Shown one piece after another: positions 18,953-29,511 of a stretch of DNA of 64,000 bases. How positions within the stretch are numbered: position 1 is the first letter of the stretch; every line of letters begins with the position of its first letter. The notes beneath the pieces are model-generated. The model had not been told where the DNA came from. It did not search any database and saw nothing but the letters and a program-made list of their open reading frames with translations. Origin of the DNA: Candidatus Poribacteria bacterium (GTDB lineage: Bacteria; Poribacteria; WGA-4E; PCPOR2b); assembly GCA_965215015.1 (NCBI GenBank), contig OZ244042.1:1-64000 (forward strand), in the 5' to 3' direction. Both the position numbers and the translations under genes were made by a program.

Positions 18953-19865
18953 AGCTGACGCGCTGACCCATTACGATAGTCGGCTGTTTCTCGCCCAAAC
19001 ACTTGAACATGGACAAAAGATGGGGCGAATTTCACCCGCAAATCTGGACAAAATTCATCAAGATATTGCCTCCCTCGTTCACAAGTTGATTGAGATCAAA
19101 GTGGAAGATCTCTCCTCGCGCGCGGAGGTTCGAGGACAGATTCAAGAAGCGTTTACCTTGACAAGTTTGGGGCTAGAGTACGGTTGTGCAGGAGCACTCG
19201 ATAAATCGGTTCGTCTGCTGAACAGCAACCGACTGATTAAGTTCTTTCAAATCGGCAATACGCTCGTTGATAAGTTGGTGGAACATTCCCGAAATATACT
19301 TGAAAAAGCCGTCCTCATCTCACCGGCGATGCGAGCTGTCGAGCCAGAGACGATTCCCGCTTACAATGAATGGGAAAGCGATTTTCTGGAATCAATTATC
19401 GAGCGGAAACTCGCGATTGATGCCGCACAGATTTCACTTCATCAGCTATCCGCCAATCCCCGATCCTTGACGAGCCTTGCCGATGTCAACATCGCCAATC
19501 AACAGCTAGACTATATCAACCTCCGATTCAGCTACCTCTACGCATTACCGCAAGAGAAAATTTTCGCCATTGACTATCCGCCGGACACCGATTGCGATAC
19601 CGTCCGCCGAATCACGATTGCACTGATGGTGAATTTAGTCCTATATCGCGAGATTGATTTCCACCTAGATGAAGAAGATTTGGACAATTTTCGCAATATC
19701 GCCTATGATATAGAAAGCTGCACTGTCAAAAAGACATCTCAAGACCTATTACTTGGTTGGATTCGAGGTTATATGGATTTGACAGGTCAACCGGAGGAAG
19801 TCAAAAAATACGCGGTCGAATACTGGAGATATTGCTTGTCTGTTTTTAAGGATGTGGTTAGGTAA
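18927..19865 (+). CDS. Hypothetical protein resembling the DUF6178 C-terminal half
   Basis: TSLGLEY..RLIKFFQIGNTL motif; overlaps the previous gene by 26 bp. Confidence 0.55.
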   Translation: MTRNQKIFEADALTHYDSRLFLAQTLEHGQKMGRISPANLDKIHQDIASLVHKLIEIKVEDLSSRAEVRGQIQEAFTLTSLGLEYGCAGALDKSVRLLNSNRLIKFFQIGNTLVDKLVEHSRNILEKAVLISPAMRAVEPETIPAYNEWESDFLESIIERKLAIDAAQISLHQLSANPRSLTSLADVNIANQQLDYINLRFSYLYALPQEKIFAIDYPPDTDCDTVRRITIALMVNLVLYREIDFHLDEEDLDNFRNIAYDIESCTVKKTSQDLLLGWIRGYMDLTGQPEEVKKYAVEYWRYCLSVFKDVVR

Positions 19866-20114
19866 TGGCTCTGCCCGACTTGAGACCCCTATCTGTATCC
19901 GCGCAATCTGCTGAATCCGTGATTCAGACAATTATGATGAGCACCCTCATCCACAGTAGCGATTTGGGATATCTGGGTTGAGGTTGATCTTGTATGGAAA
20001 GGTCTTTCTGCTGTTTTAGCTGTCCCTGCAACTGCGCTTCCGATATTGGATTGGCCAAAAACAATAAGTAGGAGGTCGGATTTAGTAGGAAAGGGGACAC
20101 GAATCGAATATGAA

Positions 20115-20158
20115 TAGGAGTTACGCACTTGAGTTTGTAGTCGCGCAATTCAACCGCC
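20115..20158 (+). repeat. Left-end fragment of the TAGGAGTTACGC MITE family
   Basis: Matches the starts at 41161, 57536 and 59192. Confidence 0.7.
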
Positions 20159-20380
20159 TAAAAAAGACAGGATCCACAGACCTGTCCAAAAACTTAGTGG
20201 AGGAACTTCTGGCCCTAAGCAAAATCTCAAGCAACCTCTAAAGAAGGATTGAGAGAAATGTCCTCACAGAATGCTAAAACTACGCTTTTTGTGTAATATA
20301 ACAAATGGCGTAGCGTAACTTAGACGATATTACGATAATTTTATCGCATCACCAAAATTCTATATCTAGTGGAGTTAGTA

Positions 20381-21277
20381 ATGTCACAAAACGCTATCAC
20401 AGAAACAAGCCTAACGAATCTTGCTCTTGCCAACAGAGGTAAAGTCCGAGATCTCTATGACCTTGGCGAGCAATTATTAATTATCTCAACAGATCGGATC
20501 TCGGCATTTGATGTTGTGCTGCCGAACGGAATTCCGTACAAAGGACACATCCTGACCGGACTTTCTGAATTTTGGTTTGATTATACAAAATCAATCGTCG
20601 ATAATCACATCATCACCACTGATGTTTCGCAGTATCCTGATGTGCTACAGACAGATGTCGAAGTGCTTAAAGGGCGCTCGATGCTTGTACGGAAAGCGAA
20701 TCGAATCGATATCGAGTGCGTCGTGCGAGGATACATCGCGGGCTCCGCGTGGTCGGAGTATAAACAAGATGGAACGGTATGTGGGGAGAAGCTGCCGGAA
20801 GGGCTAATGGAATCGGAGCGGTTGCCGGAGCTTATCTTTACGCCTGCCACGAAAGCAGAACAGGGGGAACACGATGAGAACATCTCAATCGCAGAGATGG
20901 AGAAGGCGATTGGAAAAGAGTTGTCAGAAAAGATTATCCAAACCAGTTTTGCATTGTTTGAAGCTGCGAGCGAACATGCCGAAAAAGCCGGAATCATCCT
21001 CTGTGACACCAAGTTTGAGTTTGGGCAGATTGACGGTCAACTGATTCTCATTGACGAGATTTTCACCCCGGATTCATCTCGCTTTTGGCCCAAGGACGAG
21101 TATCAACCCGGCAGTTCCCCACCCAGCTTCGACAAACAATATGTCCGTGATTATCTGAGTGAGATGGGTTGGAACAAGCAGCCTCCAGCACCTGAATTGC
21201 CAGCGGAGGTCATCCGCCAAACCAGCGAAAAATATCTAGAGGCTTATCGCCTGATTGTTGGTCGAGAGTTGTTGTGA
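20381..21277 (+). CDS. purC: SAICAR synthase
   Basis: RGKVRDLY, TDRISAFD, ECVVRGY, FTPATKA, DTKFEFG, DEIFTPDSSRFW, FDKQYVRDYL. Confidence 0.97.
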   Translation: MSQNAITETSLTNLALANRGKVRDLYDLGEQLLIISTDRISAFDVVLPNGIPYKGHILTGLSEFWFDYTKSIVDNHIITTDVSQYPDVLQTDVEVLKGRSMLVRKANRIDIECVVRGYIAGSAWSEYKQDGTVCGEKLPEGLMESERLPELIFTPATKAEQGEHDENISIAEMEKAIGKELSEKIIQTSFALFEAASEHAEKAGIILCDTKFEFGQIDGQLILIDEIFTPDSSRFWPKDEYQPGSSPPSFDKQYVRDYLSEMGWNKQPPAPELPAEVIRQTSEKYLEAYRLIVGRELL

Positions 21278-21480
21278 GTGGCAACGTGAGCGACTATTCT
21301 TGATGAACTCAAAAATTAAAAAGGAATGGACAATAGCTGAAGAACAGAGGATAGGTGATTAGCCTGCGACAATAACCCCTATTAGCTATGTTGATATTGA
21401 TGAAGAAATCTGGAATGTTGCTAGCCTATTGGGATGCGTAGGTAAAACGCGATATTTATCGCCTAAAGGCAGATTGTTCG

Positions 21481-22320
21481 ATGACAGGAATAAAAACAGA
21501 CCTTTATCTTGGGGATTGTCTAGAAATACTCGCCAATTTTGAGACAGATTCATTCGACCTGATTATAACCTCTCCCCCGTATGCGGACCGCCGATCCAAA
21601 ACGTATGGCGGAGTCCATCCCGATGAATATGTCAATTGGTTCATGCCTCGCGCTGAAGAACTTTTAAGAGTCCTCAAACCCTCTGGCACATTCATTCTGA
21701 ACATCAAAGAAAAAGCAGCTGACGGAGAACGGCATACTTATGTTATTGAGCTGATACTTGAGATGAGAAAGCAGGGATGGTTGTGGACAGAGGAGTTTAT
21801 CTGGCACAAGAAAAATTGCTATCCGGGTAAGTGGCCAAATCGATTTAGAGATGCTTGGGAAAGGTGTTTGCAGTTTAATAAGACCAAGAAGTTCAATATG
21901 TATCAAGAAGCAGTTATGGTACCGATGGGAGATTGGGCGGAGAGAAGGTTGAAGCATCTCAGTGAGACAGATCAGAGCCGGGATACGTCGAAAGTGGGAA
22001 GTGGTTTTGGTAAGAATGTTTCAAACTGGTTAGATCGAAAAATGGCATACCCGACGAATGTTTTGCACTTGGCAACGGAAACAGGGAATAGAAAACATAG
22101 TGCGGTCTTTCCCAAGACATTGCCCCAATGGTTTATTAAGCTGTTTACCAAAGAAAATGATTGGGTGCTTGATCCGTTTACAGGTGCCGGCACAACGTGC
22201 CAAGTCGCTCAAACGTTGTTAAGAAATTCCGCCGGTATTGAAATTTTGCCTCAGTATTATCAGTTGGCAAAGGAAAATATCAAGCCGAAACAATATTTGA
22301 AATATCTTCCTGAACTCTGA
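21481..22320 (+). CDS. Beta-class N4-cytosine/N6-adenine DNA methyltransferase, orphan
   Basis: TSPPY (motif IV) precedes VLDPFTGAGTT (motif I); no adjacent endonuclease. Confidence 0.92.
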   Translation: MTGIKTDLYLGDCLEILANFETDSFDLIITSPPYADRRSKTYGGVHPDEYVNWFMPRAEELLRVLKPSGTFILNIKEKAADGERHTYVIELILEMRKQGWLWTEEFIWHKKNCYPGKWPNRFRDAWERCLQFNKTKKFNMYQEAVMVPMGDWAERRLKHLSETDQSRDTSKVGSGFGKNVSNWLDRKMAYPTNVLHLATETGNRKHSAVFPKTLPQWFIKLFTKENDWVLDPFTGAGTTCQVAQTLLRNSAGIEILPQYYQLAKENIKPKQYLKYLPEL

Positions 22321-22379
22321 TTCCATCAATGAAAACAATCAGCGGTTGAGGAAAGTGAAATTTTGGCGAATGTGCTGAG

Positions 22380-22844
22380 TCACCTGACATCAAACACATG
22401 GCTCCGCTCGAACAAACCATCCAGAAAAATTTCGACAAACCATTCGCCATGGGCAAAGCCACTTGAAGGAGCGTCTATAAAGAACCAAGTAATCTGATCC
22501 CCCGTTGAGGAGGTGAAGGTCTCTTGATCCTCTCGGAAGGGGGGAGCGTCTAGGGCACCCTCCGGCGAAAACCAGTTGACTTCAACCGTATGCCGTCCCT
22601 TGACGTTCACCCAAAAGATCCATAGGTAAATCCGATCGCTCGTGTCGAAAAAGGTGTCAGCAATTCCATCCGGACGATCATCGCTGACATTAATTGCGAG
22701 GGTAGAGTCCAAAATCACAGGTTCACCCCTGAGCAGGCTTACCGATCCACTTCCACCTGAACCCGCATCATCACACCCGCCAAAAATGATGCTAATTAGA
22801 AAGAGTTTTATAAAGAGACCGAAAAAATGAAATTTATTGTGCAT
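22380..22844 (-). CDS. Hypothetical lipoprotein
   Basis: Hydrophobic signal ending in IIFGG-C, then a beta-rich domain. Confidence 0.7.
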   Translation of the reverse strand: MHNKFHFFGLFIKLFLISIIFGGCDDAGSGGSGSVSLLRGEPVILDSTLAINVSDDRPDGIADTFFDTSDRIYLWIFWVNVKGRHTVEVNWFSPEGALDAPPFREDQETFTSSTGDQITWFFIDAPSSGFAHGEWFVEIFLDGLFERSHVFDVR

Positions 22845-23019
22845 TCGTGCATTTCTCCTCCCCGATCCTGCAATCGGGATTCAAAGCAACTTGTATTTAT
22901 GTTGAAGCCTGATTACATCGTACCCGATCTATTTTTCCATGTCAACCGAAAATCTGCATTTATAGGGGTTAGGAATAACCAGCAAGATAATGCCCCAACA
23001 CAATAATGGAGAATACTTG

Positions 23020-24567
23020 ATGCAATTTGACTATATTATTCATGGCGGAAAGGTTGTCGATGGCACAGGTGAGCGCGAGCCTTTCCCCGCGGACGTTGGT
23101 GTCATTGATGACCGGATTGCTGCTATTGGGAAATTAGATCCCACGCAAGCAAACCGGAGTATTGATGCAGCAAGACAGGTCATAAGTCCCGGTTTCATCG
23201 ATGTCCATGTTCACTCGGAAATTTCGCTGTTGGGTGGCCGAGATCAGCTGGGAGCGGTCCGTCAGGGGGTGACCACCCAACTTACCGCGCCAGATGGTTT
23301 TGGGTGGGCACCACTCCCACCTGAGAAAGCGCAAGAGATGTGGAGCTATACGCAGTTTGCTATTGGGGATGTGGAACTCAAGCTCGATTGGCACACCGCT
23401 GAAGATTATCTGAGCATCTTTCCCGGCAATACTCCTGCCAACGTTTATCCACAGGTGCCGCACTGTGCAGTTCGTTTGGGGGCAATGGGGTGGGACCCCC
23501 GACCCGCTACCGATGAAGAATTGCAGACTATGGTAGAGACAACCCGCGAATGGTTGGAGGCGGGCGCAGGGTGCCTGTGCTTGGGGCTTGACTACCAGCC
23601 AAGTGCCAATGCAGATCTACGCGAACTTGTGACTTTGTGTAAGTTAGCAGCTTCATACGGTGCAATCTATGCCGCACATATCCGTTACCGAATCCTCGGA
23701 CGCAAAAAAGCGTGGGAAGAAACCTTCGCGCTTGCCCAACAGTCGGGCATCCCCGTCCATATCTCTCACGAACGGGTAGATGACGAGAGCGCAGCATTGC
23801 TTGAGCAGGTGGACCGCGAGGGCATTGATCTAACTTTCGAGTCCTATCTCTACCCTGCGGGGATGACCCATCTCGCGTTGATGCTTCCGGCGGAGTTTCA
23901 AGCGGGAAGTCTCGCAGAAGTCTTGGTAAATTTGGAGCGGTCGGAGGTGCGGGAAAAATGCCTGCCTCATATCCGAGAACAGTTGGGACGGGGCGATCAG
24001 ATTGTCGGCTATACCCGTTCTGGTCGATTCATCGGCATGACCTTATCGGAAGCCGCCGAAAGCGAGGGTAAATCCCGCGAGGACTTTGCTTACGACCTGA
24101 TGCTTGAAGAGGAAGGAATAGAAACTTTCGTTTTCCCATGGCAGACACCGCCCGAAGATAACAAAGTGACAATTGACCGCACGGCTGTCCACCCGCGAAT
24201 GATGATCGCTAGCGACGGTGTCTACGATATTCCTCACCCGCACCCACGGGGATATGGCTGCTTCGTGCAGTACCTTGGACGCTTCGTTAGAGACCGTCAA
24301 CTGGTATCCTTACAGGAAGCGGTCTATAAAATGAGCGGGTTCCCGGCAGCGCGTTTTGGGATCAAGGACCGGGGGCGAATCGCCGAAGGTTTGGCTGCTG
24401 ATCTGGTTGTATTTGACCCAAAAACCGTTGCTGACCGTTCGACATGGCAAGATCCGGTGCAGCCGGCAGTCGGTGTAAACTGGGTACTGGTCAACGGTGT
24501 TCCCGTGATTGACGCTGGAAACCCCACAGGACAACTGCCGGGGCGCGTAGTACGACATTCTCCATGA
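23020..24567 (+). CDS. N-acyl-D-amino-acid deacylase-like amidohydrolase
   Basis: PGFIDVHVHSE, HISH, IASDG, HPRGYG, RGRIAEGLAADLVVFD; likely start MQFDY (approximate) within ORF 22990..24567. Confidence 0.9.
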   Translation: MQFDYIIHGGKVVDGTGEREPFPADVGVIDDRIAAIGKLDPTQANRSIDAARQVISPGFIDVHVHSEISLLGGRDQLGAVRQGVTTQLTAPDGFGWAPLPPEKAQEMWSYTQFAIGDVELKLDWHTAEDYLSIFPGNTPANVYPQVPHCAVRLGAMGWDPRPATDEELQTMVETTREWLEAGAGCLCLGLDYQPSANADLRELVTLCKLAASYGAIYAAHIRYRILGRKKAWEETFALAQQSGIPVHISHERVDDESAALLEQVDREGIDLTFESYLYPAGMTHLALMLPAEFQAGSLAEVLVNLERSEVREKCLPHIREQLGRGDQIVGYTRSGRFIGMTLSEAAESEGKSREDFAYDLMLEEEGIETFVFPWQTPPEDNKVTIDRTAVHPRMMIASDGVYDIPHPHPRGYGCFVQYLGRFVRDRQLVSLQEAVYKMSGFPAARFGIKDRGRIAEGLAADLVVFDPKTVADRSTWQDPVQPAVGVNWVLVNGVPVIDAGNPTGQLPGRVVRHSP

Positions 24568-24586
24568 TGTCAAAAGGTAACAGCGA

Positions 24587-27500
24587 GTGGATATGCCAAA
24601 CGTAAATTCCTATCAATCCCTTGATGAAACCATTTCCAAAAATGCCACCATCCTCGCTGGTCAACTCAACAGAGCCGCTGCTTCTACGTCGAAAGAAGAA
24701 GAAATCCGTATTGCAGCTGAGAGAGAACTCGCCTTCATCCAACGCGAAGCGGGTATTGAACTGAACGGAAAGCATGAATTCACAATCGGTACGGGCAGAG
24801 CTGACTCTGTTTATGACTGTATCATCATTGAATATAAGAACCCTGCCGGTGCGGATAAACTTTCTGCCCGAAGCGAGGAATCCGGGAATCAGCAGGTTGT
24901 TAAACAACTCAAAAGACGCTTTTACGATATGCGAACTGAGTTCGGGCAGCCGCTTAACACCATGTTTGGTGTGGGGTGCGATGGCAACTATTTTATTTTT
25001 GTCCGCTTTCGAGATGATAAATGGGAAATTCAAGATACAGTCGAAGTCAATCCCTATAGCACCGAGCGTTTTCTATGGGCATTATTTAACTTAGGGACAA
25101 AAGGGAAAGCGTTCTCACCGGAGTATTTAGCGGCTGACTTCGGTGCTGATGCCAGGCTCGCTCAAGATGGCATTCGTGCCCTCTATGATACTATCTGTAC
25201 CACGGCAGACCCAAAAAGCCAGACCTTCTTTCAGCAGTGGAAAATCCTGTTTGGTGAGGTGTGCGGATACGATGTCAATACTCCTTCAGACAAAATGGAA
25301 AAATTGGGTGAGGCCTACGGTGTTTATGGCACCCTCAGACCGGCGGAACTGCTCTTTGCTTTCCATACCTATTACGCTTTGTTTATGAAGTTCTTGGCAG
25401 CCGAAATCGTAACGTTTTTCCACAACTTGCCGACTCCGCTTCAAAAAATTGTCCAAGCAGAGACCTCCAACAAACTTAAACAGGAAATGGAAGATTTAGA
25501 AGCGGGGAGCCTTTTCCGTCATTTGAACATTACTAACTTTCTCGAAGACGACCTTTTCGCTTGGTACACAACGGCTTGGTGTAACCCTGTTGAGAAACTC
25601 ATCCGGGATATGAGCGCGAAACTTGACGACTATAACCCCGGAACGTTGTCCGAAGACCCCGCCGGCAGCCGTGACTTACTCAAGAAACTGTATCAACAAC
25701 TTTTCCCTCAGACGGTTCGACACGATCTCGGAGAATATTACACCCCCGATTGGCTAGCAGAGCATGTCCTTAACAAGTTGGAATACACCGGCGACCCGGA
25801 AAAACGCATACTTGACCCCGCGTGTGGTTCTGGCACCTTCCTGGTGACTGTGATAAACCGTATCCGCAAGTGGTACGATGACAATCGTGAACGCTGCCCG
25901 TATAGCGAAAGCGAGCTATGCCGAAAGATTCTCCAGAATACCATCGGCTTTGATTTGAACCCCCTTGCGGTTATGGCTGCCCGCACAAACTATCTCATCG
26001 CTATCCGAGACCTGATCAGCCATGTGGGAAGCGTAGAAATTCCCGTTTATCTCTGCGATTCCATCATGACGCCATCGGAGTACAGCGGACTGATACTGGG
26101 AGGAAGGCTTGGCGATGTTCGGAAACTCCAAACTAGTGCCGCGGGGTTCCTTGTTCCTACCGAAATCGCAACAAGTCATGATGACTTGGCGAAGTATACC
26201 GAAAAATTAGAATTTTGCATTCGTAATAGCTACTCGCCCGAAGAATTCATCGAACAGTGTCGTGATGAATCCCTTCCTGTTACCGTTGAAAACTTCCACA
26301 TAGATCTTTATAACACTTTGGTGAAACTTGACAGGGAGAATAAGAACGGTGTCTGGGCACGGATTATCAAAAACAGTTTTGCACCATTGTTCATTGACCC
26401 GGTAGATTATGTCGCAGGAAATCCGCCGTGGGTGAATTGGGAACATCTGCCAACCGCCTACCGGGATTCGATGGCTCCGCTGTGGCAGCAGTATGATCTA
26501 TTTCGTCATAAAGGAATCAGAGCGCGGCTTGGGGGTGCGAAGGACGACCTTTCAGTTCTAATGACATACGTTGCACATGATGCCTACTTAAAAGAAGAAG
26601 GGAGACTCGGTTTTGTAATCACACAGACTGTTTTCAAAACCAAAGGAGGAGGAGAGGGATTCAGAGGTTTTACTTACCAAAAAGGGGGCAAGAACATTTC
26701 TCTGAAAGTTCTCTCTGTTGACGATATGAGCGATTTGCAGCCCTTTGAAGGCACTACAAATCGCACAGCCGTTTTCTTATGTGAAAAAACAGCGAAGCCT
26801 TTCGACTATCCGGCACCCTACATTCTTTGGAAAAAAACGAGAAAAGGACGGATTGATCAAGATGCGACACTTGCGGAGGTGCGGGCAGAAACGCTGCAGC
26901 ACCAATTGGGTGCGATTCCTGTGGACAAGAATGATTTAACATCGCCGTGGCTGACGATGCCGGAAGCGGCTTTGTCTGGAATCCAAAAGGCTATCGGTAG
27001 AAGTGATTACAAGGCTCATGCTGGCATTACTACATGGCTAAATGGTGTCTATTGGATTCGCATTTTAGCGTATTTACCCAATGGCGAACTGCTCATCGAA
27101 AACCGCCATGATGTAGGTAAAAAAAAGGTGAAACGCGTCCAAGTAAGCATTGAACCCGATCTAGTCTACCCCCTCCTTCGCGGGCGAGATGTGAAGCATT
27201 GGCAAGCGGAACCGTCAACTGCTGTCATCCTTGCAAATCGGACAGATAAATTAGCGGGTATCCCTGAAGTTGAGATGAAACGCCAGTACCCAAGAACCTA
27301 TGCCTACTTCAAGTTATTTGAAGAGCCGCTTCGGCAGCGTTCTGGTTACCGGAAATTTTTCAAACCGACTGACCCATTTTGGTCAATGTATAACGTTGGA
27401 CCCTATACGCTGGCACCTTGGAAGGTATTGTGGGCTGAGGTTGGACACAAAGTACAAGCAGGTGTTTACAATCCTATTTTAGACGAGTTTAATCGCTTAG

Positions 27501-27922
27501 AAAAAACACCAATTCCTGATCATACTGTTATTGCTATTTCTTGTGAACGCGGAAAATCGGAAGCATACTTTATAGCTGCGGGATTGAATTCCTCGCCAAT
27601 CCGTTCCATCGGTCTAGGATATATCACTCTGCATCCATCGCCGCATGTTCTGGCCTACATGGCTGTCCCACGGTTCGATCCGAAGAATACTTTGCATATC
27701 CACCTCGCACAACTTTCTGAATGTTGCCATGACGCTAGGGCGAAAGGAGATAGATCAAACCTTGCCACTTTGGAATCTGAGATAGACAAGGCAGCTACAC
27801 AACTCTGGGGCATCACCGAGAATGAATTGAAGACGATACAAGATGCTCTGAAGGACATGGAGAAGCCGGGGGAAAGTCGTAGAAAAACGTCCGATGAAGC
27901 GAATCTCAAGACAAGATTTTGA
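24587..27922 (+). CDS. Type IIG restriction-modification enzyme (nuclease, N6-adenine MTase and TRD in one chain)
   Basis: N-terminal GRADSVYDCIIIEYK (PD-(D/E)xK-like), LGEYYTPDWLA, ILDPACGSGTFL, GNPPW. Confidence 0.88.
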   Translation: MDMPNVNSYQSLDETISKNATILAGQLNRAAASTSKEEEIRIAAERELAFIQREAGIELNGKHEFTIGTGRADSVYDCIIIEYKNPAGADKLSARSEESGNQQVVKQLKRRFYDMRTEFGQPLNTMFGVGCDGNYFIFVRFRDDKWEIQDTVEVNPYSTERFLWALFNLGTKGKAFSPEYLAADFGADARLAQDGIRALYDTICTTADPKSQTFFQQWKILFGEVCGYDVNTPSDKMEKLGEAYGVYGTLRPAELLFAFHTYYALFMKFLAAEIVTFFHNLPTPLQKIVQAETSNKLKQEMEDLEAGSLFRHLNITNFLEDDLFAWYTTAWCNPVEKLIRDMSAKLDDYNPGTLSEDPAGSRDLLKKLYQQLFPQTVRHDLGEYYTPDWLAEHVLNKLEYTGDPEKRILDPACGSGTFLVTVINRIRKWYDDNRERCPYSESELCRKILQNTIGFDLNPLAVMAARTNYLIAIRDLISHVGSVEIPVYLCDSIMTPSEYSGLILGGRLGDVRKLQTSAAGFLVPTEIATSHDDLAKYTEKLEFCIRNSYSPEEFIEQCRDESLPVTVENFHIDLYNTLVKLDRENKNGVWARIIKNSFAPLFIDPVDYVAGNPPWVNWEHLPTAYRDSMAPLWQQYDLFRHKGIRARLGGAKDDLSVLMTYVAHDAYLKEEGRLGFVITQTVFKTKGGGEGFRGFTYQKGGKNISLKVLSVDDMSDLQPFEGTTNRTAVFLCEKTAKPFDYPAPYILWKKTRKGRIDQDATLAEVRAETLQHQLGAIPVDKNDLTSPWLTMPEAALSGIQKAIGRSDYKAHAGITTWLNGVYWIRILAYLPNGELLIENRHDVGKKKVKRVQVSIEPDLVYPLLRGRDVKHWQAEPSTAVILANRTDKLAGIPEVEMKRQYPRTYAYFKLFEEPLRQRSGYRKFFKPTDPFWSMYNVGPYTLAPWKVLWAEVGHKVQAGVYNPILDEFNRLEKTPIPDHTVIAISCERGKSEAYFIAAGLNSSPIRSIGLGYITLHPSPHVLAYMAVPRFDPKNTLHIHLAQLSECCHDARAKGDRSNLATLESEIDKAATQLWGITENELKTIQDALKDMEKPGESRRKTSDEANLKTRF

Positions 27923-27963
27923 TTCACTGACATATTGCGCCCACAATTCTCAGGAAATGATTT

Positions 27964-29511
27964 ATGGCACATCTCATCGGTATTGATGTTGGAACAACAG
28001 GGGCGAAAACAATTCTCGTTGATGAAAGCGGTCAACTGCACGCCAGCACCCTAGAAGAATATCCGCTGTATACACCTCAACCAAAATGGGCGGAACAAAA
28101 CCCGGAAGATTGGTGGCTGGCAACGGTGAAATCCATCCAAAGGGTACTTGCCGAATCGCAGATAGCACCCAAAGAAATCAAGGGAGTAGGGCTTTCCGGT
28201 CAGATGCACGGTTTGGTGCTGATGGACAACGGGCACCGTGTCCTGCGTCCGGCAATGCTATGGTGTGATGGGCGAACGACAGAGCAGTGCCACTACATCA
28301 CAGAGACTGTCGGTGAGGATTTGCTGGTGCAGCGTACGTGTAACCCCGCACTTGAGGGGTTTACTGCGCCAAAAGTGATCTGGGTGCGAGACAACGAGCC
28401 TGAGATTCTGGGAAAGACAGCCACAATGTTGCTTCCCAAAGATTACGTCCGATTCCGCTTGACAGGGGAAATCGCCGCAGAGGTTTCCGATGCGGCGGGG
28501 ACACTCCTGTTCGATGTGCGGCAACGATGCTGGTCTAAGGAGGTGTTGCACAAGCTCGGTATCGATCCAACACTTCTGCCGCCCGTGTACGAGTCGGTCG
28601 ATATCTGTGGAAAGATTACCGCTGAGGTCGCCGAATTGACCGGACTCCCGGTAGGGACTCCGGTCGTCGGAGGTGGGGCGGATAACGCCTGTAGCGCAGT
28701 CGGCAACGGGATTGTCAGGACGGGGCGGGTTTCGGCAAGTATTGGGACGTCGGGAGCAATCGTTGCACATACCGATGAAGCCAAAGTAGACCCAAACCTA
28801 CAAGCACATAGCTTCTGCCATTCTGCCCCGCACAAGTGGTATCTGATGGGCGTGGTCCTTTCAGCCGGCGGCGCATTCCGTTGGTTTCGCGATAATTTAG
28901 GAGATCCAGAGGTTGCGGCTGCACAAATCGAAGGCGTTGATTCATATCAGATTTTGACCCAGCGCGCAGCAGAAGCACCTGTCGGCAGCGAGGGCTTAAT
29001 CTTTCTGCCATACCTCACCGGCGAGAGAACGCCACACGCGGACGCAAATGCCAAAGCGACCTTCTTCGGTATGACGTTGCGGCACGGCAAACCCCATCTG
29101 ATCCGCTCGGTAATGGAAGGCATTGCCTACGCCTTGCGCGACTCGCTAGAGATTATTCGTGGATTAGGAACGCCCATTGAGCGAATCTACGCCACGGGCG
29201 GCGGCGCACGGAGTTCACTCTGGCGACAAATCCAAGCCGATGTCTACGATGCCGAACTGGTCACGATTAACATTGCCGAAGGCCCCGCATTTGGCGCAGC
29301 AATTCTCGCGGGCGTCGGAACAGGAGTTTACCAAAGCGTTGAGAGTGCAGCAGATGAAATTATCGAAATTACGTCAACGACGCAACCGAACTCTGACAAT
29401 GTGAGAATTTATGAGGAATACTATCAGATTTACCGCGCGCTGTATCCCGCACTCAAGCCACAATTCGATTGGGTGACAGCGGTGGTTTCGGGCGGAGGAT
29501 ATGATGAATAA
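27964..29511 (+). CDS. xylB: Xylulokinase
   Basis: IGIDVGTT, SGQMHGLV, LLPKDYVRF, GGGADN, LPYLTGERTPH, GGGARS. Confidence 0.92.
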   Translation: MAHLIGIDVGTTGAKTILVDESGQLHASTLEEYPLYTPQPKWAEQNPEDWWLATVKSIQRVLAESQIAPKEIKGVGLSGQMHGLVLMDNGHRVLRPAMLWCDGRTTEQCHYITETVGEDLLVQRTCNPALEGFTAPKVIWVRDNEPEILGKTATMLLPKDYVRFRLTGEIAAEVSDAAGTLLFDVRQRCWSKEVLHKLGIDPTLLPPVYESVDICGKITAEVAELTGLPVGTPVVGGGADNACSAVGNGIVRTGRVSASIGTSGAIVAHTDEAKVDPNLQAHSFCHSAPHKWYLMGVVLSAGGAFRWFRDNLGDPEVAAAQIEGVDSYQILTQRAAEAPVGSEGLIFLPYLTGERTPHADANAKATFFGMTLRHGKPHLIRSVMEGIAYALRDSLEIIRGLGTPIERIYATGGGARSSLWRQIQADVYDAELVTINIAEGPAFGAAILAGVGTGVYQSVESAADEIIEITSTTQPNSDNVRIYEEYYQIYRALYPALKPQFDWVTAVVSGGGYDE

